Shown here piece after piece: positions 63,256 to 64,000 of a DNA stretch of 64,000 nt. The notes under the pieces are model-generated. The model was not told the DNA's origin, did no database searches, and saw nothing but the letters and a program-made list of their open reading frames with translations. How positions within the stretch are numbered: the stretch's first letter is position 1; every line of letters begins with the position of its first letter. This DNA comes from an uncultured Chloroflexia bacterium (GTDB taxonomy: Bacteria; Chloroflexota; Dehalococcoidia; GIF9; UBA5629), in NCBI GenBank assembly GCA_963726215.1, contig CAVSBU010000012.1:6018-70017 (forward strand). Reading direction: 5' to 3'. The position numbers and the translations under genes were made by a program.

Positions 63256-63768
63256 ATAACATTTGGCGAGAGGGTCGGGGAACGCGCCCTAGATTTCACC
63301 TTGCCCTACTATAATGACGATAATCCGGAATCCCCGAATAAAGCAGGCAAAACCGAGACGCTAAGCACATATATAGGGAAAAAGAAGATATTGCTTAACT
63401 TCTGGAGTACTTTCTGCGGAGCCTGCATAGGCGAATTTCCCCTATATCCGGGGAATATATGAAGATGAAAATTTGGCTGACAGGAACTCGCAAATTCAGA
63501 TTTCGTTGTACTCACTGTATGCATTGACAGCAAAATTGACGAGGCTCCAGGCCGTATTAAGACACTCGAAGGCAAATTTAGTGACGAAGCAGGGCCTTTC
63601 ACATTTCCTATCCTGTTCGATTCAGTGGGGCAAACTAAGAAGGACTACCATATCTGGACTATACCTGAAACCGTTTTCATCGACTCGGACGGAATTATCA
63701 GAGAAATCCAGATTGGACGGTTCCAAAGTAAAGAGGAAATAGAAGCTATACTTAAATCTCTAGATTAG
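63256..63768 (+). CDS. TlpA/redoxin-like thiol:disulfide oxidoreductase domain (two frame interruptions), possibly the C-terminal domain of the preceding ORF
   Basis: The sequence reads ALDFTLPYYNDD...GKKKILLNFWSTFCGACIGEFP, with a CxxC motif. Later frames give FVVLTVCID...PFTFPILFDSVGQTKKDYHIWTIPETVFIDSDGII. There is no start codon or signal peptide of its own, and the frame is open back to within a few codons of the 63254 stop. Confidence 0.55.
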
Positions 63769-64000
63769 CCTACTGATTTTCTACATTGCTCAACTACACT
63801 TTAGTCTGATACCAGCAAGTCGCTCTCCTTTCTCGAAAGTTTTTAGTAATTTTTAGCTAAGTGTATAATAGATAAGTATTCAGAATGTTCACGAAGCTGA
63901 AGAGAAAATAAAACAAACGATGAAGGTACGAAATAATCGGAGATTGGTAATAACGTGCCGCCCAGAATAAGCCTGTGTTCTGTTTGCCACTCACAAATGC

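Noticed and set aside
63955-64000. Possible CDS start (GTG, VPPRISLCSVCHSQ...) running off the window
   Set aside because: Only 15 codons are visible, the RBS spacing is weak, and there is nothing to identify it. It is not reported as a feature.

Overview
This is a 64-kb chromosomal window with about 75 protein genes and 2 tRNAs, mostly housekeeping and anaerobic sulfur or cofactor metabolism. I found no rRNA, CRISPR array, transposase, integrase, phage gene or recognisable defence gene. The gene content suggests an anaerobic Chloroflexota/Dehalococcoidia-like bacterium, but that is inference only. The supporting genes are Thi4, the COG1900/NIL-ferredoxin/COG2122 homocysteine route, an FTR-rubredoxin disulfide reductase, PAC2 proteins and GTCATTCTGAG-type intergenic palindromes. 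By manual tracing, roughly four dozen single-base frame interruptions break about 36 genes, including hisS, rpsT, lgt, relA/spoT and lexA. Many sit in short homopolymers, so I read them as assembly indels rather than gene decay, and I annotated reconstructed full-length spans instead of ORF-track fragments. No clearly novel system is proven. The most unusual items are these. (1) A GerW/YtfJ-DUF2953 module with two unassigned proteins lies beside a tRNA pair. (2) A three-fold Cys-Cys repeat tail ending CCCGR sits in an FtsX-ABC/DUF2318 operon, and a second lipoprotein ends CCGRG. (3) An orphan Cys-rich secreted protein has its own consensus promoter and strong terminator. (4) A 6.5-kb co-directional thrC-NIL-nifS-PurM-like-51-aa Cys peptide-MOSC-fdhD array. 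(5) A gap-free tldD-pmbA-PAC2-HEAT-GNAT block with a second PAC2 copy elsewhere. (6) A dispersed palindromic repeat family. (7) Hand-found Fur-type, Rrf2-type and LexA-type operator candidates.
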